Below, one piece after another: positions 34,812 to 45,083 of a stretch of DNA of 64,000 nucleotides. A program made the translations under genes and the position numbers. Position 1 is the first letter of the stretch. Each line of letters opens with the position of its first letter. Source of the stretch: an uncultured Phycisphaerales bacterium (GTDB taxonomy: Bacteria; Planctomycetota; Phycisphaerae; Tepidisphaerales; Tepidisphaeraceae); assembly GCA_963755915.1 (NCBI GenBank), contig CAVWLP010000002.1, forward strand, positions 2,848,001-2,912,000. The letters run 5' to 3'. The notes below the pieces were generated by a model, which did no database searches, had not been told where the DNA came from, and saw only the letters and a list, made by a program, of their open reading frames with translations.

Positions 34812-37800
34812 CGCTCCCCTCCCTGCTCCTCCATCACCCGCGCCAGCATTTCCGTGCGCGATCGGCTTAAGATCGTCATAACAACCCGGCGCCGGTTCCA
34901 GCCGGCATCAGCGCCCGGAACTCGCAGCGCGGGCACGGGGTCTCCGTTCCGATACGATAGGGCCGAATGTCAATCCGTCCGCCGATGATCTCATCCGCGA
35001 TCTGTCCTATCCGCGCCTCAACATGCCGGAGCAGCGCCGCAAATTCCCCGCTGCTGGCGGCATCCGATTTATCCGGATGCCCAACTCCGCCGTCGCGCTT
35101 CAAATAAAGTTGCACGACCTGCGAGTAACCTTCCGTCAGCTCGCGATCCAACTCCCGCGCAATCCGCAAGTCGAAAATCCCCCGCGGCTTCACCTGCAGA
35201 TGAAATTCCGGCTCCTCTGGAGAAAGCGCCTCCCCAGGATCACCCGCGCGAACCGGTCGCAAAAGCTGAACGCAAAACGCCGCGCTGGGCGAGAGCTTCG
35301 CATCTTTGATCACCCCCGGCCCCAGCTTTTCCAGCACCAGCAGATTCACCAGCAACCGCAGGCAAAGCCCGTGATACACCTCGGCCGCGCTCGGCGCACT
35401 GCCCCGCATCCGGTAGTCAATCGCGCACGCCGATCCGTCTTTCAGCAGATCGACCCGATCGATTTTCCCCGCAAGCTCCACGCGATTTCCCCCCGGCGTG
35501 GCGATCTCGACCGCCGGGTTCGCATCCCCATCTCTTCCAAAACGCAAGTTCACCAGCCGCGGCCGAAACTCGCCGCGCCCGGCCGCCGCTTTCTGCGCCT
35601 CGGCCACCAGTTTCACCGTCCGCTGGACGAAATCCACCAGATACCGATTCCGCGCCTCCGAAAGCATCAGCTCTTCCCCAAGCTGATCGCGAATTTGCCC
35701 CGTCAGTCGCTCCACGGATGCCGCATCGAGGTCATTCCACGATTTCTGCGCATCGATCAGCTCCCGCACCAGCCGCTGCAAAATCTCCCGGAAAACCCGC
35801 GTTAGATCCCCACGGCCAAATTCCCGCGTCTTGCGCTCCGATAGCTTCAATCCATACCGCGCAAAGTGCTGATAAGGGCACATCCGAAACGATTCCAACT
35901 GATACGCATCCGCGCGAAGCGGCGAAGGAAACAATTCCCCCGCCCGCTTCCCATCGATCTTCGCCTCATTCCGATAGCTTAGCGCCTTCCACGCCGACCT
36001 CCGCGCAAAGTCGATCGCATCATCGCACGGCGGATGCTCCGCCAGCCATTGATACACCGGCCCCCACTCCCCATCCGCCGCCCCCGATTTCACCCAGTTG
36101 ATCAGCGACCCCACCAGTTGCCGCGGCGTCGCGATCAGTTGCAGCGGAAGACCATCCTCGCGCGGAACCGGCTTCGCCTTCCCTCCCGCTTCGAGCCAAA
36201 GCGACGATCCCTCCACTTCTCTCCCCGCTTCATCCGTAAGACTGCGCGTCAGCAGCAGCTTCTCCTTCGCGCGTCATCGCGACATACCCCAAAAAATTCT
36301 CATCGAGCAGCCGTCGCGACGAATCCGGATTCAGCTCGATCCGGTGCCTGCCCAGATTCCGCCGATCCGCATCCGTAAAAATCGAATCCTCCCCCGCCGA
36401 CCGCGGAAATTGCCCTTCCGACAACCCCAGCACAACGCACGCCTTCACCCGCGGCGTACGCGTCCGATCCACCGCCCCCACCAGCACCTGATCCACGGTA
36501 GGGGGGGTGAGCGCAAGATCGAACCCCTCCAGCGCCGAATCCAGCATCGCGGAAAAATCCTTGAGAGAAATGACCTCCGACCCAAACAAATCCACCAGCT
36601 CATCAAAAAGCGTCACCGTCTCATCCCAAACCCGCTCATGCTCGCCGGCTTCTTCCAGCCGCCCGGCCGCGGTAGCGTCATCGATCCACCGGACGATTTT
36701 GCCCCGACATTCAAATCCTTCCAGCAACCGGAACACTGCCGCCGCAAGATCGCGCACCGTTGCGTCTTTCTTTCTCACCCCCGCAACAAACGGCCCCAGC
36801 CGCTCCACCAGCCGCCGCCGAATTGCATCCATCTTCGCCGCTTCATCGATCGCGATCGGGTCGTCCTCATCCCGCCGCCGCCCCGTCCAATTTTTTTCGG
36901 TCGACCAGACGTTGTGATCGATCCCGCGCCAAAGCACATAATTCTCCAGCCCATCCGCGTCAGCCGGACTGAGGCCAACCAGCGCAGTCTTGATCACCCC
37001 CATCATCGCATCATGCGACCAGTTGGTGATCGCCACCGCCAGCGCCGCCCGAATCAGCCGCACCAGCGGATAATGAGACGCCGTGCGCCGCTCGTCCATG
37101 AAGAGTGGAATCTGATGCTCGGCAAACGAGGCCTGAAGAATGTGGTGATATTCCTCCGGGCTCCGCATCAGTACGACAATGTCCCGAAACCGCATCCCGT
37201 CGGACACAAGCTTGCGAATCCACCGCGCCGCCCCATCCACTTCCGCCTGCCGGTCGGGCGCCTCCACAAGCAGCGTGTCGACTTTTGCATCCACGCCAGA
37301 CTTGCCCAGCAGAACCGCCTCCGAGATTTTCACCCCGCCCTCGCTCAGCGCAAACCACAACTGCCGATAACCCATTTCACTTCGATAAAACAGGCTCATT
37401 TCATCCGGCAGATGATCCGGCTTCTTCAAAATCTCGCTCTCAGGGTCCATCGTGAACGTAACCGCCAATGACTTACACACCTTCCCCAGCGCCGCCACAA
37501 CCTTCCGCTCCGACCCGGTAAAATCGTAAAACGAATCCAGAAAAATTTCCGACTCCCTCACCGACTCGCAATCCCCGATCGCTTCCAGCGCCTCATCCAA
37601 TCGCCGCTTCGGATCGAGCCGATCCTGCCCCAGAAATTTCCGGTATTCCGAATAGATCAGCGCCAAATCGTGAATCTTCGCCCGCAGCGCCGTAGTCGCA
37701 GCCGACGACTCGATTTGATTTTGAATAGCATCCGCATCCTGCCCCGCCCGCTCCAATTCCCCAAGCGTCGCGTCGAGTTGAGCAGCGACCCCCGGCTTAT

Positions 37801-38143
37801 TCGCCACCGACCCAAAGAATTTCAACTTCCCCCCTAACTCGCGCAGCAGATGCCCCAGAATCATCCGCCTTCCGCGATCGGTTATCTCCGGCCGCGCGAT
37901 CCCTCCGCACTCCGCCAAAATCTCATCCCCCAACTCCTCCAGCGAAATCACCCGCGCACGAAAATATCCGCCCAGCCCCGTCGCCGCCGCCAGCTGCCGC
38001 TGGGCGATGAACGTCGCCTGCCGTGGCAAAATCCAATAGACCGGCGGCCCCAGCGGATCCTTCCGAATCGCCTCGACAATCCGATCCAGGCACCATTTTG
38101 TCTTGCCCGCTCCAGCGCGACCGATGACAAATGTTACCGCCAT
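34808..38143 (-). CDS. addB: Helicase-nuclease AddB, frameshifts near 36265 and 34905
   Basis: GRAGAGKT, CPYQHF, GKIDRVD and CPRCEFR Fe-S cysteines; ATGA overlap with addA. Confidence 0.9.
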
Positions 38144-38191
38144 GAGGGCAAACAATAACCTAACATCGCAGAAAAGTCGATTTCGATTTGA

Positions 38192-38693
38192 TCACGGAAA
38201 CCCCGCAACCAAAATAATCCCCAGCATCACCACCCCAATTGCCATCTTCAGCACAACGCCCACGAGCCTTCCCTTCGCCGCTCCCACTCCCACGCGAAAC
38301 GCCAGGTTCGGATTGGCCGATCCCAAAAGTTCAAAGCTCGCCGCCCCCACAAAACTCCCGATGCAGATCCCAACAATCGTCAGCACGACCGGCAAAACAA
38401 AACTCCCCACAATTCCCCCCACGATCCCCCCAAGAATCGCCCCCACCGCGCTATTCGTCCCTCCCCCCGCGCTTCGCCATCGCCCCGCCCGCCGTGTAGT
38501 CCAAAACTTCCCCGCCCAGGCTCAGCACAAACAGCGCGATCAAACTATCGCGCCCCACAAAATGCGTATGCGTAAGCAGCGCATACACCGCGCAAGCCGC
38601 CGTCATCACCCACAGCCCCGGCAACGTCACAGCCACCAGCCCCAGCGACCCGAAGCAAATCAGGATGAGCAGAATGTAATAAACCCAGGCCAA
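38192..38693 (-). CDS. DUF456-like membrane protein, frameshift near 38460 (start uncertain)
   Basis: LPG.W, GA..GGIVG..G motifs; all hydrophobic. Confidence 0.7.
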
Positions 38694-38834
38694 TCTGGCC
38701 GCACTATCCCCGAAAAATGCCCCCGCTGCCACCCGCGCCGCATGCTCATCCCGATTCCCCCGCCCCCGGTATTCCGGCCTTCGGCTCTGAGGCTCAGGCT
38801 CGAAGAGGGGAGGGTTGGGGGGGGTCATGTTGGT

Positions 38835-40748
38835 TTACCTCGTGAGAACAATTAGCGTATACGGCCCAATCCCCACATTCCCCTGTTGCGCCAGCCCATC
38901 CATCCCCGGCCCGCCCGCCGTCGTGTTGTAGCTGTTCACCGACCCAAAATCGTTCAAATCGCTGTAATCATTCGAGTCGCTGTTCAGCCGCACGTTCCAC
39001 GCCCCCGAATACGGAAACCCGATCGTATAGCTCGGAAAGCTCGTATCGGAAAAATTCGCCACCACCACCACGTCGTCGATCCCCGCCCCCTGGTCCCACC
39101 GCTGCCAGGCCAGCACTTTCGAATCCGTATCGACGTGAAAAACATTCAGCCCCGACCCGCACAATCCCGGCGTCGTCTGCCGCAGTTGAATCATGTCGTG
39201 ATAAAACTGAAAAAGCTTCGGCCACTGCTTCAGCAGATCGAAATTCATCATCGTCCCAGGAACCACCGGCGTCCCCGCGCTCCCCGGGCTCCACAACCGC
39301 GTATCCAAAAGTTCCGCCCCCTGAAAAAACATCGGAATCCCCGGCGTCGCCAGCACCACCGCGAATCCCAGCATCGATTTCTTCCTCGCATACCAGCTCG
39401 TCGGATTCCCCGGATCGATCAGCGCCGGCACCCGCCCCGCGTCCGCCTGGTCGTGCGATTCCAGATAAATCACCCGCTTCCAGACGTCCCCTTCAAATGG
39501 GTTTTGCATTGCACTGGCGATCGCCCCCACATCAACATTGCTATCCTGCGCCTGCGTCAGTCCATTCCGCAGCGCCCACATCAGATCCGTATCCCATTGC
39601 GCATCAAACCCCGCGCCGCCTCCGGAAGTCGCCGACGTGATCGCCGCATCACCATTCAGATCCTCCGCGATCGTCAGCTTCCACGGCGTGGCCGCATTCA
39701 CCTGGTTGTTTACCGCCTGCATCAGTTCCCATCCGAAATTCTCTTGAACCCCAATATCTGTCCCCACACAGGTGTCATTGCAGTTCCCCTGCCGCTTACG
39801 AATGCAGATCGTCGAATCAAACCGCACCCCGTCAAACTGATATTCATTCAGCCACATCATCGCATTATCGACCAGGAACTGCGTCACCGCCGGACGCCCA
39901 TAGTTCGGCCGCGGCCCCCAAGGCGTCCGCATCTCATCCATATCCGAATAAAAGAAAATCCCGCACAGCCCGTCGTTCCACCCATCCCATTGATAAAGCG
40001 AATACGGAAACGGTGTGCCGCCGCCGATCGACACATCCAGATGGTTAAAAACCACGTCCACAAAAACGCTGATCCCCGCATCGTGCAGCGCCTGCACCAA
40101 CCGCTTGAAATCCTCCGGCGACCCATAATCCCGCTCCAGCGCAAACGGAAGCACCGGGTCATACCCCAGCGAAAGCGCCGACGCGAATTCCACGAACGGC
40201 AAAAGCTGCACACAGTTGATCCCCAGCTTTTTCAGATAAGAAATCTGCCGGATCAGATCATCAATTTTGTTCGCCGCCCCGATCGTCGGGTTATAAAACG
40301 TCCCGATGTGAATCTGATAAATCACCAGTTGCCGCCACCCCGGCGCCTGAAACGCTTTGCCCCACGTAAAATCCCGGCTCGTCACCACCGATCGCGCATC
40401 GCTGTCGTCCTGCGACGCGTCCGTCCAATTCGGATAGACAATCGACCGCGCCTGCGGATCGACGCGATCGTAAACCGTTCCCCCCGGACCGGTGACTTCA
40501 TACCGGTAGTTGGTCCCCTCGCTAATCCCCGGGATATAAACCGACCAGACATTACTGCCATACCCCCCGGCCGCGCTGTCCGCAGCCATTGCGGTCAAAG
40601 TCGTCGTGGCGTCCGCATTCCAGGTCTTGACCGAGATGGCGCTTGCGAACAGCGCCCAGGCCCGAAACGTGCATCCCCCCGAATCCGGAAAGCACCCCAT
40701 TACGTTGGCAACCGGGCTGGGCGCGGTAACTGAAGTGATCGCGCTCAT
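38835..40748 (-). CDS. GH13 alpha-amylase / glucan-branching-like enzyme
   Basis: CBM48-like start, IYQIHIGTF, DVVFNH, DGVRFD, IAED, ESHD and PGIPMFFQG. Confidence 0.9.
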   Translation of the reverse strand: MSAITSVTAPSPVANVMGCFPDSGGCTFRAWALFASAISVKTWNADATTTLTAMAADSAAGGYGSNVWSVYIPGISEGTNYRYEVTGPGGTVYDRVDPQARSIVYPNWTDASQDDSDARSVVTSRDFTWGKAFQAPGWRQLVIYQIHIGTFYNPTIGAANKIDDLIRQISYLKKLGINCVQLLPFVEFASALSLGYDPVLPFALERDYGSPEDFKRLVQALHDAGISVFVDVVFNHLDVSIGGGTPFPYSLYQWDGWNDGLCGIFFYSDMDEMRTPWGPRPNYGRPAVTQFLVDNAMMWLNEYQFDGVRFDSTICIRKRQGNCNDTCVGTDIGVQENFGWELMQAVNNQVNAATPWKLTIAEDLNGDAAITSATSGGGAGFDAQWDTDLMWALRNGLTQAQDSNVDVGAIASAMQNPFEGDVWKRVIYLESHDQADAGRVPALIDPGNPTSWYARKKSMLGFAVVLATPGIPMFFQGAELLDTRLWSPGSAGTPVVPGTMMNFDLLKQWPKLFQFYHDMIQLRQTTPGLCGSGLNVFHVDTDSKVLAWQRWDQGAGIDDVVVVANFSDTSFPSYTIGFPYSGAWNVRLNSDSNDYSDLNDFGSVNSYNTTAGGPGMDGLAQQGNVGIGPYTLIVLTR

Positions 40749-40856
40749 AAAATTAGCAAGCGACTACATTAGCGGCCGATTCCGCCCCAAGTGTGACCGC
40801 CCCTGCAATAGATTGCAAAAATATCGTCCTTCAGCGACAGGACCGATCGGACATTT

Positions 40857-43412
40857 TCATTCCAACGTTCCGCGCGTCACCCCAAACTGGTTGAGCACCC
40901 TCAACTGCCGCCACGCCGTCCGCGGAGCCTCGATCCCCGCCAGCACCCGCGCATACCGGTCTAGCACCGGGCTAACCTCTCCCTCATCGTGTCGCAACAA
41001 TTCCACCCGAAAATGGCGCAAACCGCTCTCCAGCATCCGCGGCACAAACTCCGCCGCCGATTGCGCCGACCCGTTGTAAACCGTATTCCTGCACCCCACA
41101 TCCGCCACCAGCGGATGCGGCGTCCCCGCCCGGTCCTTCAATTCCACCTTGTGCGACTCGCAAGGCCTCCCGCAGTCGCGGTAATCCTTCCCATTCGAAA
41201 GCGTGTGCGCAAACACACAATGCTCCATGTGAAACATCGGCATATGCTGATGAATCACCACTTCAAACATCTCCACCGCGAACCGCCCCAGCATCGCCGA
41301 AAGCTGCGCCCAGTTCAGGTCATAGCTCGGCGTCATTCGCCTCACCCCATGCCGCATCAAAATCGCCGCCGTCAATTCATTCGAAACATTCAGCGAATAA
41401 TCCGCGACGAGAGGAATCTCCGGACACAGCTCCCGATAAAGACAAAGCCCCGCCAGATTGCGAATCAGAATCAGATCCGGCCCCGCCGCCGCGACGAGCT
41501 TCAGCAGCCCCTGCTCCGGCGGCTTCACGATCCGAATCGTTGCCAGCCCAATCTTCACCCCCGCATCCCGCGCCATCCGTACCGCCTCCGGATATTTGCG
41601 AATGTCCTCCAATTCGCAGTAAACCGCCGCCAGCTCAACAAGATCGGTAGGGGGCCTCCACTTCACCGCCGTCCGAAGCTGCTCCATCGTCCGCGCCAAT
41701 ACATACAACTGCGGCTTTTCCCCCATTTCCCCCTCTCCCGGTACTCTGGGAGAGGGCAGGGGTGAGGGCCTGCAATCATTTTCGAAACAAGTTGCAGTTG
41801 CCCGTCGCATTTCCTCCAGCCCATCCGCATTGATGATTCGCGCGTTCCCTTCCCTCATCCGCAAAATCTCCCCACTTGCCCGCCTCCGCAAATCGTTCAG
41901 CACACTCTTAGGAATCATCACCGCCGGAAACTCCGCCCCCGCGTCCCCATTCACAAAAACCTCCCCCAACTCCAGCGGCGTATCCCCCAGCCGCCCAAAC
42001 TGCTCCCGAAAAATCTCCCGCGTCATCGGGAATTTGATCGCACACTCAAGCTCGCGCTCCCATCCCACTTCCACCCGATTCCCCGATTCATCTCTTACCG
42101 AAATTCCCAGCGGCTTCCCCTCAATCGCAGTCACGTTCACGCAAATCGCCACCCGCCGTGCCACCCGGTCCCGGCTGAACGAATGCTCCAGCCGCTTGCG
42201 GATTTCCGGATCATCCGTCTTCCACACGATCGACCCCATCGACACCGCAGGCAGGCTTACGTCCCCGCGGTAAAACCCAATCGCAATCCGTCCGCCGCCG
42301 CCCGGCTCCGCGCTGACGATCCGCCCTCCCTGTTCATCCTGTTCCGGATGCCCCTCATCAAAGACAACCCCGTCCCCGATTTTCAGATTCGCCCCGCGCT
42401 CCAGTTGCACGAATATTCCCCGCTCCGATTTACCCACCACGCTCCCCGCCCTCACCCCCCGGCTCTTGGGAAACCGCGCGTGTACCAGCCGCTGATGATT
42501 CACCCCATCCAGAAACCCATGCGTAAACCCGCGCGAAAAGCTCTGCGCCAAATCCATCCGCTGCTGCGCGGATGGATCAAACTGCCGCGCCTCCCTCACC
42601 GCATCCACCGCCGCGCGGTACACCTGCGTCGTCGCCGCCACGTAATGCGCGCTTTTCAGCCTCCCCTCGATTTTCAAACATTTCACCCCGATCTCCGCAA
42701 GTTCCTTCACCAGGTCAAACGCCGCCAGGTCCTGCGGGCTGAGCAGATACGCCTTGTCCCCCATCTCCCGCCGATTCCCATCCACGATCAGATCGTAAGG
42801 CAGCCGGCAAGCCTGCGCACACTGCCCACGATTCGCACTCCTTTGCCCAATCGATTCGCTGGTCAAACACTGCCCGCTATACGAAACGCACAATGCCCCA
42901 TGCACGAACACTTCCACCGGAACCGCGCTTTCGGCCGCGATCTTCGCGATATCCCCGGTCGAAAGCTCCCGCGCCAGAATCACCCGCCCCACGCCCAGCG
43001 ACCGCACAAATTCCACCCCCAGCGGCTCCGTCAGCGTCATCTGCGTCGACCCATGCACCGCCAACTCCGGGCAAATCCGCTGCGCCAGCTCCGCCAACCC
43101 CAAATCCTGCACGATAATCGCATCCGCCCCGGCCGCCGCAATCGCCTCAACAAACCGCGCCGCTTCCTCCAACTCATCCGAAAAGATCAGCGTATTCATC
43201 GCAACATATCCGCGCACGTTGAGATGATGCAGAAACGTCATAATCTCCGGCAATTCCTCAACCGAAAAATTCGCCGCCCGATGCCGCGCATTAAACGCCG
43301 AAAGCCCAAAGTAAACCGCATCCGCCCCATTCGCCACCGCCGCGCGCATCGCCTCCCAGTCCCCGGCGGGGGAGAGCAACTCAGGACCGTTCATCTCTTC
43401 GGTCTTCGACAT
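40857..43412 (-). CDS. U32 peptidase-family protein with DUF3656 (RlhA-like)
   Basis: PELLSPAG, GADAVY, HGALCVSYSGQC, NRGQCAQACR and KIEGR. Confidence 0.92.
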   Translation of the reverse strand: MSKTEEMNGPELLSPAGDWEAMRAAVANGADAVYFGLSAFNARHRAANFSVEELPEIMTFLHHLNVRGYVAMNTLIFSDELEEAARFVEAIAAAGADAIIVQDLGLAELAQRICPELAVHGSTQMTLTEPLGVEFVRSLGVGRVILARELSTGDIAKIAAESAVPVEVFVHGALCVSYSGQCLTSESIGQRSANRGQCAQACRLPYDLIVDGNRREMGDKAYLLSPQDLAAFDLVKELAEIGVKCLKIEGRLKSAHYVAATTQVYRAAVDAVREARQFDPSAQQRMDLAQSFSRGFTHGFLDGVNHQRLVHARFPKSRGVRAGSVVGKSERGIFVQLERGANLKIGDGVVFDEGHPEQDEQGGRIVSAEPGGGGRIAIGFYRGDVSLPAVSMGSIVWKTDDPEIRKRLEHSFSRDRVARRVAICVNVTAIEGKPLGISVRDESGNRVEVGWERELECAIKFPMTREIFREQFGRLGDTPLELGEVFVNGDAGAEFPAVMIPKSVLNDLRRRASGEILRMREGNARIINADGLEEMRRATATCFENDCRPSPLPSPRVPGEGEMGEKPQLYVLARTMEQLRTAVKWRPPTDLVELAAVYCELEDIRKYPEAVRMARDAGVKIGLATIRIVKPPEQGLLKLVAAAGPDLILIRNLAGLCLYRELCPEIPLVADYSLNVSNELTAAILMRHGVRRMTPSYDLNWAQLSAMLGRFAVEMFEVVIHQHMPMFHMEHCVFAHTLSNGKDYRDCGRPCESHKVELKDRAGTPHPLVADVGCRNTVYNGSAQSAAEFVPRMLESGLRHFRVELLRHDEGEVSPVLDRYARVLAGIEAPRTAWRQLRVLNQFGVTRGTLE
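41729..41770 (-). repeat. REP-like palindrome inserted in frame in the U32 gene
   Basis: Nearly identical to 13778-13819; translated as RPSPLPSPRVPGEG. Confidence 0.88.
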
Positions 43413-43635
43413 CTATTTGGCGAATGATACACCGTCACCCGCCGCCGTTCACTTTCGATCCTCACTAAATAGCAATCTGATTTTCTTGGCGTCTTGGCGG
43501 TTAAAAATCTTATAACCGCCAAGAAACTATGAAGCCGAGCCTTTCTCGGGACGTGAACGGGGTCAAAATGCCCCAAGTATGAACGAGCGTACCGCGTAGG
43601 TCGCTCAAACGTCTTTTTTGAGAAAGGACTCGGCA

Positions 43636-44679
43636 ATGCGAATTCTCGCTTTGGACCTGGGAAAGAACAAGAGCGTTTTTGTGGATTATGTCACCGGCGG
43701 TGGAGAAAGAACGTTCGGCAAGATCGGCACCAATGCCCACGAGGTGCAAAAACTACTCGAGCGGGTGCGTCCGGATCGACTGGTCATCGAGGCCGGTCCG
43801 GCGGCAGGATGGGTTTGTGATCTGGCGGAGCGGAACAATGTTCCCGTCCAGGTGGCCAATGGCAACGATGAACGCTGGCGCTGGAAGACGGTGAAGGAGA
43901 AGAGTGATCGTAAAGACGCGCTGAAGATGGCGGCGATGTCGGAGATGGATTCGCTGCCGACGGTGCACGTGCCCAAGGCATCGGTTCGGCAGTGGCGTTC
44001 ATTGATTGAATACAGACACGGCCTGGTGGATCGCCGCACGGCGCTCAAGAACTCGATCCGATCAATCTACGAGCGGCAGGGTTTGTATTTGCCCTCGGCG
44101 ACCAAGGCGTGGACGAAAGCGCGACTGGAGGAAATGAGGAAGGAAGCAGCGGCCGCATCGGTGGAAGATCTGTGGCTGTTTCAGATCGGTTGTGAGGTGG
44201 CGCAACTGGAGCACCTGGAGAAGCAGATCGAAACTGTCGAAAGCAAGCTTCAGGAGTTGGGCCAGGCCAACAAAGCGGTGAAACGATTGCAGGAGGTGCC
44301 CGGCGTTGGTCCGCGGCTGAGCGAGGCGGTGGCGGTGATCATTGATGATCCCAGGCGATTCAAGAATGCACGTCAGGTGGGATGTTACGTGGGTCTGACG
44401 CCGCGGCGCTGGCAGAGCGGCGACAGCGATCGCCAGGGGCGGATCAGCAAGGCAGGCAACGCGCTGCTGCGGGAGTTGCTGGTGGAGGTGGCGTGGCTGG
44501 GGGTTCATCGCAATACGTGGATGAAGGACGTGTACGAGAGGGTTCTACGTGACAGCGAGAAGCGCAAGAAGATCGCGATTGTTGCGGTAGCCAGGAGATT
44601 ACTGGTGAAGCTGTGGGCGATGCTGCGGGACGGAACCCGATGGAGAGAACCCCAGCGATCGCTGACGGCGGCCACTTGA
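43636..44679 (+). CDS. IS110-family recombinase
   Basis: DEDD RuvC-like LALDLGK, IEAG, KSDRKDA; VPGVG, GLTP..WQSG (catalytic Ser), GRISKAG and AVARRL. Confidence 0.95.
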   Translation: MRILALDLGKNKSVFVDYVTGGGERTFGKIGTNAHEVQKLLERVRPDRLVIEAGPAAGWVCDLAERNNVPVQVANGNDERWRWKTVKEKSDRKDALKMAAMSEMDSLPTVHVPKASVRQWRSLIEYRHGLVDRRTALKNSIRSIYERQGLYLPSATKAWTKARLEEMRKEAAAASVEDLWLFQIGCEVAQLEHLEKQIETVESKLQELGQANKAVKRLQEVPGVGPRLSEAVAVIIDDPRRFKNARQVGCYVGLTPRRWQSGDSDRQGRISKAGNALLRELLVEVAWLGVHRNTWMKDVYERVLRDSEKRKKIAIVAVARRLLVKLWAMLRDGTRWREPQRSLTAAT

Positions 44680-44689
44680 AAATCGAAAA

Positions 44690-44984
44690 GGCGATGACTG
44701 TCCCGACAAGTCGGTACAGGCGATGGAGTATCTCCCCTCCGGAAGACACCGTGTCAGAAAGCCGTTGTCTTCTGTGCAGGGGATTGAGTAGAGTTGAAGT
44801 GAAGTGGAATTGACGCGTTCGTGCAGGTTGAATGAGCAAGGCCAGACCCCGGTTGGCGTCTTAAGCTTCAAAGCTTGCCGCTAAGAATAGGGCTGGCCAT
44901 TTGTACAGTTGAATAGGCCCGCCGCCAGGCGAGAGCACTGAATAGAAGGCTCACCCAATCGACCGCATGAGCGATCAACGCCCC
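44690..44984 (+). ncRNA. Candidate bridge/seek RNA of the IS1111-type element (ends uncertain)
   Basis: Stem-loop 44840-44898 with TTGGCGTCTT and CCGCTAAGA matching the two halves of the insertion site. Confidence 0.7.
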
Positions 44985-45083
44985 TTGACAAGGCTCGGCT
45001 CATAGAAGACGCCAAGAGCGCCAAGAAAATGCAACGGGGCGAATTCAAATCGCTCTCGCGAGGAACCACCGAACTGATTTTCC

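Larger units (their letters stand above)
43524..45008 (+). mobile_element. IS110-family (IS1111-type) element
   Basis: Sub-terminal IRs CTATGAAGCCGAGCCTT (43527-43543) and AAGGCTCGGCTCATAG (44990-45005); AAG at both junctions; long 3' non-coding region; removing it restores TAACCGCCAAGACGCCAAG. Confidence 0.88.

Noticed and set aside
24086-40733. Long antisense ORFs (24086-26116, 29068-30972, 33060-34988, 38886-40733)
   Set aside because: Shadow frames of well-supported genes in high-GC DNA with no recognisable motifs
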